A stretch of 64,000 nucleotides of DNA from Bacillota bacterium (GTDB lineage Bacteria; Bacillota; Ch66; Ch109): positions 1,248,001-1,312,000 of the forward strand of contig JBMNLH010000001.1 of the NCBI GenBank assembly GCA_050952625.1, given 5' to 3'. Made by a program: the position numbers and the translations under genes. Positions within the stretch are counted from its first letter, which is position 1. Every line of letters begins with the position of its first letter. Under the pieces are notes generated by a model, which was not told the origin of the DNA, ran no database searches, and saw only the letters and a program-made list of their open reading frames with translations. Shown one piece after another: positions 45,186-57,145 of this stretch.

Positions 45186-45653
45186 GTGATGTTTAAAAAG
45201 TTTTATAAAGTGAAAACATTATCTGTCGTAATTGCTCTTGTTGCTGGTTTTTTAGTAGGGACACTTTATTTCATACCTGTAGTAGCTTTTAGCCAATCTA
45301 GCCAAGATATTGTGTCTGTTCCGGTATTTCCAGTTAATAAAAATGGAGAGACATATGGTTCCCTCGCTAAGGTTAATTCTCCCGGACAAGAACCAGATTT
45401 AGTTATGGCAATAGGGGTGGATGGGACTCGTGGATATGTTAAATATGTTGACTTGAATGGAAAACAACCAAGAACACCAGAAGAAGCTATAGCTTTACAA
45501 AACAGTAGACTAAAGGAAGGCCCTAAAACAATTCCACTATATGATGTTGATGGAAAAACTATTATAGGCGAATTTAAAATCAGTAAACCAAAGGGTATAG
45601 AAATAACCAAAGAAACTACGCAGGAAGATATTTTTAAGGTGTTAGAAAAGTAG
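45186..45653 (+). CDS. Secreted protein (PVN..GETYGS...EPDL..A...DGT.GYV family)
   Basis: Signal peptide; motif-rich mature domain; RBS GGAGG. Confidence 0.8.
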   Translation: MMFKKFYKVKTLSVVIALVAGFLVGTLYFIPVVAFSQSSQDIVSVPVFPVNKNGETYGSLAKVNSPGQEPDLVMAIGVDGTRGYVKYVDLNGKQPRTPEEAIALQNSRLKEGPKTIPLYDVDGKTIIGEFKISKPKGIEITKETTQEDIFKVLEK

Positions 45654-45815
45654 TCGTGTTTAAATAAAAAGGAACCCTATAGAAATATCTCAAATTTATC
45701 GCCAGTGATGACTTGCTACTGGGGAACTGATTTTGAGATATTTTTTTGAAAAATTTTTTTGGGTATATAAGGAAATTGTAATATTTGCTCTGAAACGGGC
45801 AAGGAAATCCGCTAT

Positions 45816-46120
45816 ATGATCAAAAAATTGAAGTGCTACATGATATTAGCCATTGAGAACCGCGAAGGCAAAGATAGCCGAGCTAACGGGGAACTTTTTT
45901 ACCTGTTTTGCGATGAGGTAGCAGATCTTGATTTTACTCAGGCTTTTTTGTATATCTTAGATTTGTTTACAAAGACACTCCGAGAAAATCTTTTTCTGTC
46001 TGACGCTATGGTTAATCAGATCTTATCTTCTTTCATGGATAAGCTGCCCAGTTTTATTAAAAATCGGTTAAGGCTTAATGCTGCATAAAAGAGTGATTTG
46101 TTAACTGCGAAAGTTGAGTT
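45816..46120 (+). pseudogene. IS4/IS701-like transposase 3' remnant with right end
   Basis: YMILAIENRE.KD.R..GELFYLFCDEV; ends AACTGCGAAAGTTGAG. Confidence 0.7.
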
Positions 46121-46566
46121 AGTAATAACTTCAGTTTAAGTTTTCAGGCTACACCCCCCAACCTCCTGATAAACTGGAAGCGGACATTGCTAAAATACAG
46201 TCGGATGTATCTTTTAATTTTAAGATAGCTGTTCCTAAATATGTTCCTCAAGGTTTCGAGTATAAAGGGATTGAAAAAATTCCTGGCAGCCAAAAACCAA
46301 GGATAACCATGAACTTTACAGATCAAGACTCGTTTGTAACGATTAATCAGGCTATAGCAACCGACAATAGGAGCCTTACCATCAATATTGATGCAGACAG
46401 GGGAAAAGTCGAAGAAGTTCAGTTTGGAAAATGCACGGGATTATTAATAACTTTTTTCGATGGTAAGTGTGAACTGATTTGGATATCGGATGATAATGTC
46501 GAATACTCAATATTTGGAGACTTAGAACCAGAGCAAGTGCTGGAAATGGCCACCCTAATGCAATAA
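46120..46566 (+). pseudogene. DUF4367-like anti-sigma C-terminal fragment (5' lost)
   Basis: In-frame upstream of the listed ORF: IAKIQSDVSFNFKIAVPKYVPQGFEY... then ELIW...YSIFGDLEPEQVLEMA. Confidence 0.7.
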
Positions 46567-46635
46567 CAAAAAACAAAAGAGTGGTATCACTTGTATTTGA
46601 AGTGACCTCACTCTTTTTATAGTTAGATAATAGTA

Positions 46636-47130
46636 TTACTGGATAAAAATAGCATCTGAAGCTGAACCCTGGGCATCGATAATACCTCCATTTCTGGCGT
46701 TATGGGTGCTTATGGTTCTATAGTAATAGCCTCTGGCTACCGAGATGTAGGAAGAACCATAAATCGTATACGTATTACTGTCACTGTAGGTCCGGTTGGT
46801 TACATTTGTCCAACCGGAACCGTTCCATTGTTGCAAATAGACCTTGGCATCAAGGTAATCTACTGTTCCATAAGTAATTGTTTCCCCAATTATCGTTACG
46901 GTTCCATCATTATTATCCTCAATCCCACAACTCCACTGCCTGATTAATGTAGTTCCTTGGGGTGAAATATTCGTCTTGGTATTAATTTTTATGCTTTTAC
47001 TAGGATCATTGGAAATCTGATGATCGGGAGGAGGACCGGTAAGAGGTACGGCGTTAGCTAAACCAGGAAAAGACATAATGAGTACCACCAGGGTTAATAA
47101 AGAGGCCAGCAATTTGATTTTTTTTGCCAT
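46636..47130 (-). CDS. Secreted DUF6147-like protein, paralog 2
   Basis: PPPD..IS.D..KSI...G.TLI..W.CGI.D...VDY.DA.VYLQQWNGS.W.NVT.RTYS...GYYYR, aligns with 38593..39084. Confidence 0.82.
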   Translation of the reverse strand: MAKKIKLLASLLTLVVLIMSFPGLANAVPLTGPPPDHQISNDPSKSIKINTKTNISPQGTTLIRQWSCGIEDNNDGTVTIIGETITYGTVDYLDAKVYLQQWNGSGWTNVTNRTYSDSNTYTIYGSSYISVARGYYYRTISTHNARNGGIIDAQGSASDAIFIQ

Positions 47131-47163
47131 TTAAAAAACCGCCTTTCTTTAAAATTCTATATA

Positions 47164-47249
47164 TAAGACTCTTTAAACACAAAAAAGGTTTGCACAAAAT
47201 TTATTTTTTTATAAAACATGCCAACCTTTTTTAGTTTTAAGGACTCTTA
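47164..47249. promoter_or_regulatory. Divergent pair of putative ECF promoters (copies 5 and 6)
   Basis: Minus: GCAAACCTTTT-..-GTCTTATATATAG; plus: TGCCAACCTTTT-..-CTCTTAT; both AAC-N18. Confidence 0.7.
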
Positions 47250-47406
47250 TAAGTATAGATTCCTAAAAATACGTTTAAGGGAGGTGAAATTTAGTAAATC
47301 AATATTTTGAGGAGGTGAAAATGAAAGTTATTTGAGAATTATGTTTTCTGGCCCAGCTTAGTCCTGGCGACAATACTCGAATAATAATAAGAAAGCGGGT
47401 GTAGAA

Positions 47407-48099
47407 ATGATATTAAACAAAAAAATATCCTTAGTTTTACTTGCTGCTTTTTGTATTATAATGATATTACCTTTATATGGCTTTGGAAGTACCGAAATTG
47501 ATGATGCGAAAGATGATATAATAATTAAAGAAAATCTGGTTGAAGTGAAACCTGATGGGATTTTTATACAAGCAGGTACAAAACAAACTGAAATCGCACA
47601 GCAACTACATGGTGAAAAAATTAGCTATGGGGAGTTTGTCAGAAGAGTTTTCCCAGAAGCAGTTAACTATATCAAGCCAGAGCATATGCAAGACATGGAT
47701 AGTAAACCATTCCCCTGGGAAGATAAGGATAACAGCCAGCTTGAACAAAATGTTACTAATCTATCATATCCAAACTGGATATATTTTGTGTCAAATATTG
47801 GCGGTACAGCTAGAGAGATTGGATACTCTGCTACTCAACAATTGGTTTTTCCTACTGCTCTATGCTCTTATATGAGTACTACTGCGACGGTAGAAAAAGA
47901 TAATAATGGGACAATAACCCAAGAAACCTATGCATATTCTTATAGTGCTGACTGCGTTATGGATGTAGCATCGGGTATTTATAATGGCGGCCCTGGTGTT
48001 TATAGATCAGTCGGGTATTATTTATACGGAAGCCCTCCAGGATATTCTCCACCAAGTGGTACTTACACTACGTATACTTCTTGGAAAAACATGAATTAA
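47407..48099 (+). CDS. Secreted hypothetical protein
   Basis: Signal peptide; Tyr/Ser/Gly-rich C-terminus. Confidence 0.78.
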   Translation: MILNKKISLVLLAAFCIIMILPLYGFGSTEIDDAKDDIIIKENLVEVKPDGIFIQAGTKQTEIAQQLHGEKISYGEFVRRVFPEAVNYIKPEHMQDMDSKPFPWEDKDNSQLEQNVTNLSYPNWIYFVSNIGGTAREIGYSATQQLVFPTALCSYMSTTATVEKDNNGTITQETYAYSYSADCVMDVASGIYNGGPGVYRSVGYYLYGSPPGYSPPSGTYTTYTSWKNMN

Positions 48100-49164
48100 G
48101 AGATGGAATTAGATAATTCGAACAAAGAATAATAGCAATTGGAGGCTTTTGTAAGTAACTGTACTTTGTCGAAATAATTAAATTTAGAAAATACTAGAAT
48201 TTCATTTCGTGTATTTTCGGTCAAAAAAGAAAGAGGCAAATCCCTTAACGGTTAAGAGATTTGTCTCTTTTGTAGTATAGTAGTTTAGATATTATAATAA
48301 GGATTAAACAGGAGTTTAACTATCCAGGAACACTATTCAAAAAGGAAGAAAGAAGGAGATATTATGTTATGGATAATAACCAGTTCCAAAATACAACAGA
48401 AACAGCGAAATCAAAAAATAAGGGAGAGAGTCAGAAAAAGAACATAAGAATTGCAATTAAATGGTTTATTATGTTGTTTGCAATTTTTTGTTTATTCATC
48501 ATACAAGCAATTAAACTGGACGTCGCTAATATAGATAATTCAGTGAGCCAGTATGATATAGCAGATTACCCAGAGCGTCAAATTAAAGTAAATGGAAACC
48601 TGTTTGCCGGTTTAAATAATTCAAACATCATGGGTTTAGCCAAGGTTAGTAATATGGGATTAACTACGGTTCCTGAATTATCCGCAACCCAAGAAGGAGC
48701 AACTGTTACCTTAAAGGAAGTATACTACGATAAATCACAAATTGCCTTAGGTTTGGAATTTAAAGGATTTAGCGATTATAACAGCTTTTATTTTGCTTTT
48801 TTTCAAAATGATATAGAAATAATTCCAAAAAGTGCGAGCGGGACGAATTTCCCGGTGTCTGATGACTTGCACTATAAAGTGATCCGCTATAGCTTTATAG
48901 GGAATTTGCCAGATAAATTTGACTTTGACATAATAATTAAAGAACAAGTTGATTTAAAACGGGAATTTGAATTTACTGTCCACCTGGACCGTACGGCATT
49001 AAATGCTTTAACAAGCGATTTTTTTATCAATAAAACATATCAAATAGCAGATAACACAGAGGTATTTGTGAATGATAATCTAAAAGTGAGCCAAAAAGGT
49101 CCTTAGTGATCACGAATAAATGAGCCACTTATCAACCTAAGTGATCAATAATGATCACGAATAA

Positions 49165-50700
49165 GTGAGCCACTCAAACCAATCCCCTGTACAATTGATA
49201 AATCAGAAGCGATGTACAGGGAGGACGAAAGGTGTGATCATCGACGTGGATCTTTATGGCCGTATCCGGCATATGTATGTCAACCAGAACAAATCACAAC
49301 GAGCTATTGCCCGAGAACTGGGCATCTCACGTAACACTGTCAAAAAGTACTGTGGAGGTGATCGCGTCCCCTGGGAACGACAGACCTATGAACGGGAGTC
49401 ATCTGTTGTCACTCAAGAAGTCAAAGACTTTATTCGTCAGTGTTTCGCCCAAGATCAAGCCGAGAACTTACCAAAGCAACGCCATACTGCTAGACGCATC
49501 TACGAACGGTTGAGAGACGAAAAAGGCTTTACCGGCGCAGAATCCACCATTCGACGCGTCGTTCGGGAGATGAAACAACCGGTTAAAGAGGCTTTTGTCC
49601 CACTGGAGTTTGATCCCGGTGAGGCGGCCCAAGTTGACTGGGGTGAAGCCTCGGTTTATCTTAAGGACGTTAAGACTAAGGTTCAGTTATTTTGTTTTAG
49701 ACTCTGCTACAGTGCGGACATCTTTGTTAAAGCCTTCTTTCGTCAAAACCAGGAATCTTTTCTGGAGGGCCACCTGGCTGCTTTTACCCATTGCGGCGGT
49801 GTCCCTCGGAAGGTGATTTTTGATAATGCCAGAGTAGCTGTAAAAGAAGGGTTTGGGCTTCATGCCAAACCTCAGAATACCTATCAGGCACTAAGTGCCC
49901 ACTACGCTTTTGAAATACACTTTACCAACATCAACAGCGGTAACGAAAAAGGTCTAGTTGAAAACCTGGTTGGCTGGTGCAGACGAAATGTGCTGGTGCC
50001 TGTGCCCCGAGTGGACAGCCTGGATGAACTGAATGAAATATTAAGGCTCTCCTGCCTGAAATACCGCAGCCATAAGATCCAAGGCCGAAATCAGACTGTA
50101 GGTGAGCAGTTCTTGACGGACAAGCACTGTTTGAACCCGTTGCCCGCCTTTGTCTTCGATACCAGTAAAAGCCTGACGGTTCGGGTCGGGGATGACAGCC
50201 TGATCCGGTTTGAACGGAACCAATACTCCGTCCCCGTCAATCTAGTCGGTAAAATGGTCAGCCTTAAAGCCTACGGTAACCACTTGGTCTGTTATCACCA
50301 AGGAGACCAGGTTGCTTGGCATCCTCGTTGCTATGGCCAAGGCGAAACATCCTTTGAGTTGGAACACTACCTACCACTTCTGGAGCAAAAACCGCGGTCA
50401 GTGTTTCACGCCAAACCGGTCCGTCGATCAGCGGCCAATGAACTGTTAAACTGGGGCAAGACATTCCCTGGCGGTGCCAAAGATACGGTTAAACTGCTGA
50501 AACTCAGCGTCGAATATGGTCTTGACCGGATCCTGGCGGTTAGAGACCAGTTGCCAGCAGGGATTACCCCTACCATCGAGCTAGTGCAAAATGAACTGGC
50601 CCCTCCAAAGCGAGTAAAACTGACCACCATCAAAGATATTCCGGTCAGCCCGATTGACCTGGCAAGCTATGATCGCAAGTACCGGGTGGTGGCCCAATGA
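49165..50700 (+). CDS. istA: IS21 transposase (likely start GTG 49234)
   Basis: HTH SQRAIARELGISRNTVKKY, AQVDWG, FDNA, EKGLVEN. Confidence 0.93.
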   Translation: MSHSNQSPVQLINQKRCTGRTKGVIIDVDLYGRIRHMYVNQNKSQRAIARELGISRNTVKKYCGGDRVPWERQTYERESSVVTQEVKDFIRQCFAQDQAENLPKQRHTARRIYERLRDEKGFTGAESTIRRVVREMKQPVKEAFVPLEFDPGEAAQVDWGEASVYLKDVKTKVQLFCFRLCYSADIFVKAFFRQNQESFLEGHLAAFTHCGGVPRKVIFDNARVAVKEGFGLHAKPQNTYQALSAHYAFEIHFTNINSGNEKGLVENLVGWCRRNVLVPVPRVDSLDELNEILRLSCLKYRSHKIQGRNQTVGEQFLTDKHCLNPLPAFVFDTSKSLTVRVGDDSLIRFERNQYSVPVNLVGKMVSLKAYGNHLVCYHQGDQVAWHPRCYGQGETSFELEHYLPLLEQKPRSVFHAKPVRRSAANELLNWGKTFPGGAKDTVKLLKLSVEYGLDRILAVRDQLPAGITPTIELVQNELAPPKRVKLTTIKDIPVSPIDLASYDRKYRVVAQ

Positions 50701-51422
50701 ACCTAAAAAGCGAGATAATAGCCTTTTATGCCAAACAGCTCCGGGTCCCCAGCTTTACTCGTTACGAAGAAGTGCTGCGCCAGCAAGGGCAGCTAGGGTA
50801 TGAAGACTTTCTCATTGCGATGATGAAGCAGGAATTGGCTTCTCGCAGTGTCAATCAGCAAAAACGACGAATTAAGCAGGCTGGCTTTCCTAGCGAGAAG
50901 ACCCTGGAAGAATTCGATTTTAAACGGCTCAAACACATCGAAGAAGCCTATATTCACCAGTTGGCTAGTTGTGACTATATTCGTAACCGGCAAAACATAT
51001 TGATGATCGGAAACCCCGGTAGTGGCAAATCTCATTTAAGCATTGCCCTAGGCCTTCGAGCCTGCCAGGCAGGATTTCGAGTGAAATTCATCACCGCCGC
51101 CACTCTAGCCACCATGCTGGTGGAGGCCAAGGAAACCAAAGAACTCCTAAAATTGGAACGTCAGCTGCAGAAGGCAGAACTACTTATAATTGATGAACTC
51201 TCATACCTCAGCTTTAACCGCCATCAGTCTGAACTACTCTTTAAAATCATATCTGACCGGGCGGAAAAAAGCAGTGTAATCATCAGTACCAATTTGGAAT
51301 TCTCGCGCTGGACAGAGTTATTTGAAAATACCACGCTCATCGCAGCACTGGTGGACCGGCTCACTTTTCGGTCTCACATTTTGAACATGAACAATCCGTC
51401 CTATCGGATGGATCATGGTTAG
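50697..51422 (+). CDS. istB: IS21 helper ATPase
   Basis: GNPGSGKSHL, LLIIDELSY, STN, ALVDRL. Confidence 0.95.
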   Translation: MNLKSEIIAFYAKQLRVPSFTRYEEVLRQQGQLGYEDFLIAMMKQELASRSVNQQKRRIKQAGFPSEKTLEEFDFKRLKHIEEAYIHQLASCDYIRNRQNILMIGNPGSGKSHLSIALGLRACQAGFRVKFITAATLATMLVEAKETKELLKLERQLQKAELLIIDELSYLSFNRHQSELLFKIISDRAEKSSVIISTNLEFSRWTELFENTTLIAALVDRLTFRSHILNMNNPSYRMDHG

Positions 51423-52016
51423 TGGGTTGTTAAGATGCCGCAGATGTGGATTATGATGGATAACTCCTTCGGAGTTACCCACAAACTCCACAACTGCTTG
51501 GACAATGCTGCGCATTGACCACATCTTAACAACTTCTACGACGAACGTATTTCTTCTTTTTCTTCTTCAAAGAACAGTAAACTAATGACTGACAGGTGGC
51601 TCACTTATTAGTGATCACCGTGGCTCAAAAATTCATGATCAACCGGCTCAAATATTCGTTGACATTCGGAGGTATTTGTAAAAAGGCTTTTATTTACCCC
51701 GGCAGCTACTTATATAGAGTGCGATTTACTGAAACCAATAGGCTTAATTAATTTTATTAATCCAAATTTATATCTAGAAATGCAGGATAATCAGGGAAAT
51801 AAAGTAGAATTGTCTGGGTTTACGGGTGGAGGTAGTTTCGACAATGACCGCCAGGTTATATCCTATTATGCTTTTTATCATCCCTGTGATGAAGTACCGG
51901 AGGCGCTAAAATGTCAATTTTATAAACAGGGAACTAATAAACCAATGTTTTCTTCGTTCAGTATAGATTTAACCAGATAATAAAGGAAGCAAGAGGACCG
52001 TCCCCTTGCTTCCTTG

Positions 52017-53601
<1,585 letters not shown>

Positions 53602-53611
53602 AATTTTCTAA

Positions 53612-53802
53612 AAGTAAGGCGTGAGGTGTGAGGGGTGAGGCGTTAAACGTTAAACGGTTAAACGTTAAACGTAAGAAGTGAAGACGTGAAGACATGATTC
53701 GCTAAACCCTGCCAGATTTGGCTGAGCTAAGGATTGACAGAACCAAATAATTCGCTGTGAAGTTTTGAGGGTTCAATCTAAAATCCAATATCTAAAATCT
53801 AA
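53612..53802. repeat. 7-mer tandem repeat tracts in the 23S-5S spacer
   Basis: GTGAGGN x3-4, GTTAAAC x4, GTGAAGAC x2, AATCTAA-like x4. Confidence 0.75.
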
Positions 53803-53812
53803 GAATTAGATT

Positions 53813-53930
53813 TTCTGGTGACGATAGCGGAGGGGAAACACCCGTTCCCATCCCGAACACGGCAGTTAAGCCCTCCAGTGCTGATGGTACTTGGGTGGAG
53901 ACGCCCTGGGAGAGTAGGTCGTTGCCAGGA
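53813..53930 (+). rRNA. rrf: 5S rRNA, second copy
   Basis: Complete 5S with several substitutions relative to copy 1. Confidence 0.96.
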
Positions 53931-53936
53931 TATTTT

Positions 53937-53966
53937 AAAGCCTCAGGTTTTTGCCTGGGGCTTTTT
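53937..53966 (+). terminator. rrn terminator, second copy
   Basis: AAAGCCTCAGG-tttttg-CCTGGGGCTTTTT. Confidence 0.85.
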
Positions 53967-54227
53967 AAAATGATGCCTACTGAAACCGCCGCCATTATTA
54001 TATTGACGATAATAAAGGGCAATAAATACAACTATGAAGTAATCCTCCAAAAATTGATAAAACACTATAGCTGCACATACACAATAATAGCAATATGTAA
54101 ATTTATTCCCATACACTTTTTTATCAAATAACTGAGTTAAAGGAGAGTAATTGACATTAACAACATATATTTATATACTTGATGACAATCATGCATTATT
54201 AAATAATAATTTAGCTGGTGGTATGTT

Positions 54228-55653
54228 ATGTATGAATTATCTATAGAAAACAGCTCTAGATTCTATCAATCCCTAACCAAACAATTTGCGGAAGCTCGCC
54301 AAGCAGCCCGGCAACTTATTTTGTACCGAGGTTTGCTAAAAGATAAGGTGATAAATGCTTTTCTGAGCTTATTGGATTTACTTGCCTTCATTCACAAATC
54401 GGACACAGCCTTGCAAAATATTTTGCAGGGAAGCATTCAGGATAAATTACTAGACTCTTACCATGATTTTTTTTATTTATTGGTTCAAATCCAGACACCC
54501 GGTTTCTGGCCAGATGCCTGGCAGAGGTATCTGGCCAGGATTATTTTACAAGACGAAAACCCTTTTAGCAGACAAGCGGAATGGCTATTACCTGAAGAGA
54601 TTGACGAATCTCTGATAGAGGTGGCCAAACATGATTTGCGGTGTCTACAAAAACTATTTCAGGTTAACACTGTTCAGATAAAACAAATAGTAGAAAAGAT
54701 CACAATTGTCAATCATGAGTCATCTAAACTGGAACTCGCGGATTGGAGCAATCTTACGTTTTCTACTGCTGATTCTAATCCTGACGAAACAGTTTTTATT
54801 CAAAACTTAGCAAAATCAACAAATTGGAGTCAAGATGTCCTTGCTCTGGCGGAGTATTACCACCGTAATGGGACCGGGGTTTTTGCCAGATTCAGAGCTT
54901 ATCGCTGGGATGATTCAAATACAGTCGGAAGCCTAAAAGGTATAACAGACCCGGACCCAATTACTTTTCATGACTTGATTGATTACCAATCCCAACGGGA
55001 GCAATTAATCAAAAATACAGAACATTTTTTGGCGGGCCTCCCAGCCAGTCATGTTCTTTTATATGGTAAAAGAGGTACCGGTAAATCATCCATGGTTAAG
55101 GCACTGCTTAACCAGTACCACCATCAGGGTTTACGTTTGATAGAGCTTTCTAAAGACAGCCTTCACAAACTACCCCATATCTTACACCAGCTAAAACATC
55201 GGGCTTTCCGTTTTATTATTTTCATTGACGATCTTTCTTTTGAAGATTATGAAGTAGCTTATAAAGACCTAAAAGGGATCCTAGATGGTAAATTAGAAAC
55301 CACCCCGGCAAATGTCCTGATCTATGCCACTTCGAATCGACGACACTTAGTGAAAGAGTTATTCAGCGATCGGAGCCAGGGAGAGGAGATCCATTATGAT
55401 GACACGGTTCAAGAAAAGTTATCTCTGGCAGACCGTTTCGGGCTGACAATATATTTTCCTTCTCCCTCACACCAGGTTTTTTTGAAAATTATAAATGGAT
55501 TAGCAAAGCAGCGCAATATAACACTAAATGCTTCTGAATTACAAGCCCGTGCTTTGGAGTGGGGAAAAATGGCATAATGGAAGGTCGGGTCGAACTGCAC
55601 GACAGTTTATCGATTGCCTGGTGGCCGAATTAAAGCCTAACTCTACTAAGTGA
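54228..55653 (+). CDS. DUF815 AAA+ ATPase (frameshift near 3' end)
   Basis: LLYGKRGTGKSS, FIDDLSFE, YATSNRRHL, SLADRFG; shifted frame WHNGRSGRTARQF. Confidence 0.88.
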
Positions 55654-55753
55654 ACCAGTTCAGCTTCGCCTGAACATCAAAGCTTCAGATGGAGACTCTA
55701 CTCAACCTGAAGTTCAAACAGGGTGACCCCTACTTATGAAAGTTTGGAGTCTT
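55639..55753. repeat. IS200/IS605-end-like palindromic remnant
   Basis: CTTCAGATGGAG..CTCAACCTGAAG and related hairpins; no ORF. Confidence 0.45.
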
Positions 55754-55878
55754 TTGATCAGATGAACTTTAAAGTACACAGTTTGATCATATTAATTAAA
55801 TATAGTTATGATGAAGATAAGATATTAGACATACTATTCTTAAAGCAATGAATATCACATTTTATGGAGGCATTGATA

Positions 55879-56994
55879 ATGACTGATCCTAGAATTAGTG
55901 TTCTAGCGAAAAACTTAATAAATTATTCTTGCCAGGTTCAGCCCGGTGAAAAAATTTTGATAGAGGCAATAGGATTGGAATCACCTTTAATTAAAGAAAT
56001 AATTAAAGAAGCTTATCGGGCTGGGGGAATACCTTTTGTTACGATTAAAGATCGCTCCATTGACCGGACCCTTTTAATGGAAGTAACTGAAGAACAACTG
56101 AAGCTGATGGCAAAATACGAAACAATTAGAATGAATGATATGCAGGCATATATCGGAGTTAGGTCAGGTAATAATGCAGCTGAGTTATCTGATGTACCAG
56201 CGGAAAAAATGGAGCTTTACGCTAGGCTATTTTCAAATGAAGTTCACACAAAGATCCGGGTTCGGAATACCAAATGGGTGGTATTAAGGTATCCGACACC
56301 GGCAATGGCCCAGTCTGCCAATATGAGTACCGAAGCTTTTGAGGATTTTTACTTCAACGTGTGTAATCTGGATTACTCCAAAATGTCAAGGGCCATGAAC
56401 CCCTTAGTCGAATTAATGAATAAGACTGATCAAGTCAAAATTGTTGGACCCGGGACTAATTTAACTTTTTCGATTAAAGGGATACCGACGATTAAATGTG
56501 ATGGGGAACGAAATATACCTGATGGCGAGGTTTATACAGCTCCGATTAAGGATTCCGTTAATGGATATATCAGCTATAACACCCCTACCATTTACCAGGG
56601 ATTTACTTACGAAAATATAAGATTTAAGTTTGTAAATGGTCAAATAGTAGAGGCTACAGCTAATGATACTGAAAAAATAAACAAAGTATTAGATACAGAT
56701 GAAGGAGCTCGGTTCACTGGGGAATTTGCCCTTGGTCTAAATCCCTACATAAACAAAGCTATAAAAGATACCTTGTTTGACGAGAAAATTGCTGGTTCCT
56801 TTCATCTTACTCCAGGGAATTCTTATGATGAATGCCCCAACGGCAATCAATCAGCGATCCATTGGGATTTAGTCTGCATCCAAACACCCGAATACGGTGG
56901 TGGAGAAATTTACTTTGATGGAGTACTAGTAAGAAAAGACGGGAGATTTATCCTTCCAGAACTTCAAGCCTTAAATCCGGAGCATCTTAAGTAG
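55879..56994 (+). CDS. Aminopeptidase, family M29 (AmpS/PepS-like)
   Basis: MTDPRI..LA..L..YS, NIPDGEVYTAP, GEFALG, LFDEKI.GSFH...G, SAIHWD. Confidence 0.92.
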   Translation: MTDPRISVLAKNLINYSCQVQPGEKILIEAIGLESPLIKEIIKEAYRAGGIPFVTIKDRSIDRTLLMEVTEEQLKLMAKYETIRMNDMQAYIGVRSGNNAAELSDVPAEKMELYARLFSNEVHTKIRVRNTKWVVLRYPTPAMAQSANMSTEAFEDFYFNVCNLDYSKMSRAMNPLVELMNKTDQVKIVGPGTNLTFSIKGIPTIKCDGERNIPDGEVYTAPIKDSVNGYISYNTPTIYQGFTYENIRFKFVNGQIVEATANDTEKINKVLDTDEGARFTGEFALGLNPYINKAIKDTLFDEKIAGSFHLTPGNSYDECPNGNQSAIHWDLVCIQTPEYGGGEIYFDGVLVRKDGRFILPELQALNPEHLK

Positions 56995-57145
56995 ACATGT
57001 CATTGACTTTCTTACAACAAGAAGGCGTATAAGAAGAATCCGGACGTTTTATATTTTTCCTAGAATTAATAATAACCATAATCAATCATTGATTGGATTG
57101 AATATAACTAGTATTAAAATATTATACGACAGGGAGTTATTAAGT

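Larger units (their letters stand above)
49069..51668 (+). mobile_element. Complete IS21-family element
   Basis: istA-istB; ends TGAATGATAAT.../...GTTGACATTCG with repeated TGAGCC and GTGATCA boxes; flanking duplication GAGGTATTTG. Confidence 0.93.
48369..51980 (+). pseudogene. DUF4179-like single-TM protein interrupted by IS21
   Basis: G.TVTLKEVYYD..QI motif; frame resumes after the IS at 51669 (EVFVKRLLFTPAATYIE...) in frame to 51980. Confidence 0.78.

Noticed and set aside
47321-47335. RBS followed by a 4-codon uORF (MKVI) upstream of 47407
   Set aside because: Too short to support; may be a decayed gene start
49069-49175. CRISPR-like short repeats (GTGATCACGAATAA, TGAGCCACT)
   Set aside because: These are IS21 terminal transposase-binding repeats, mirrored at 51595-51668; no regular spacers or cas genes
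30490-52016. Prophage or ICE call for the island
   Set aside because: No integrase, structural, relaxase or T4SS genes are visible; only IS transposases and a ParB-like scrap
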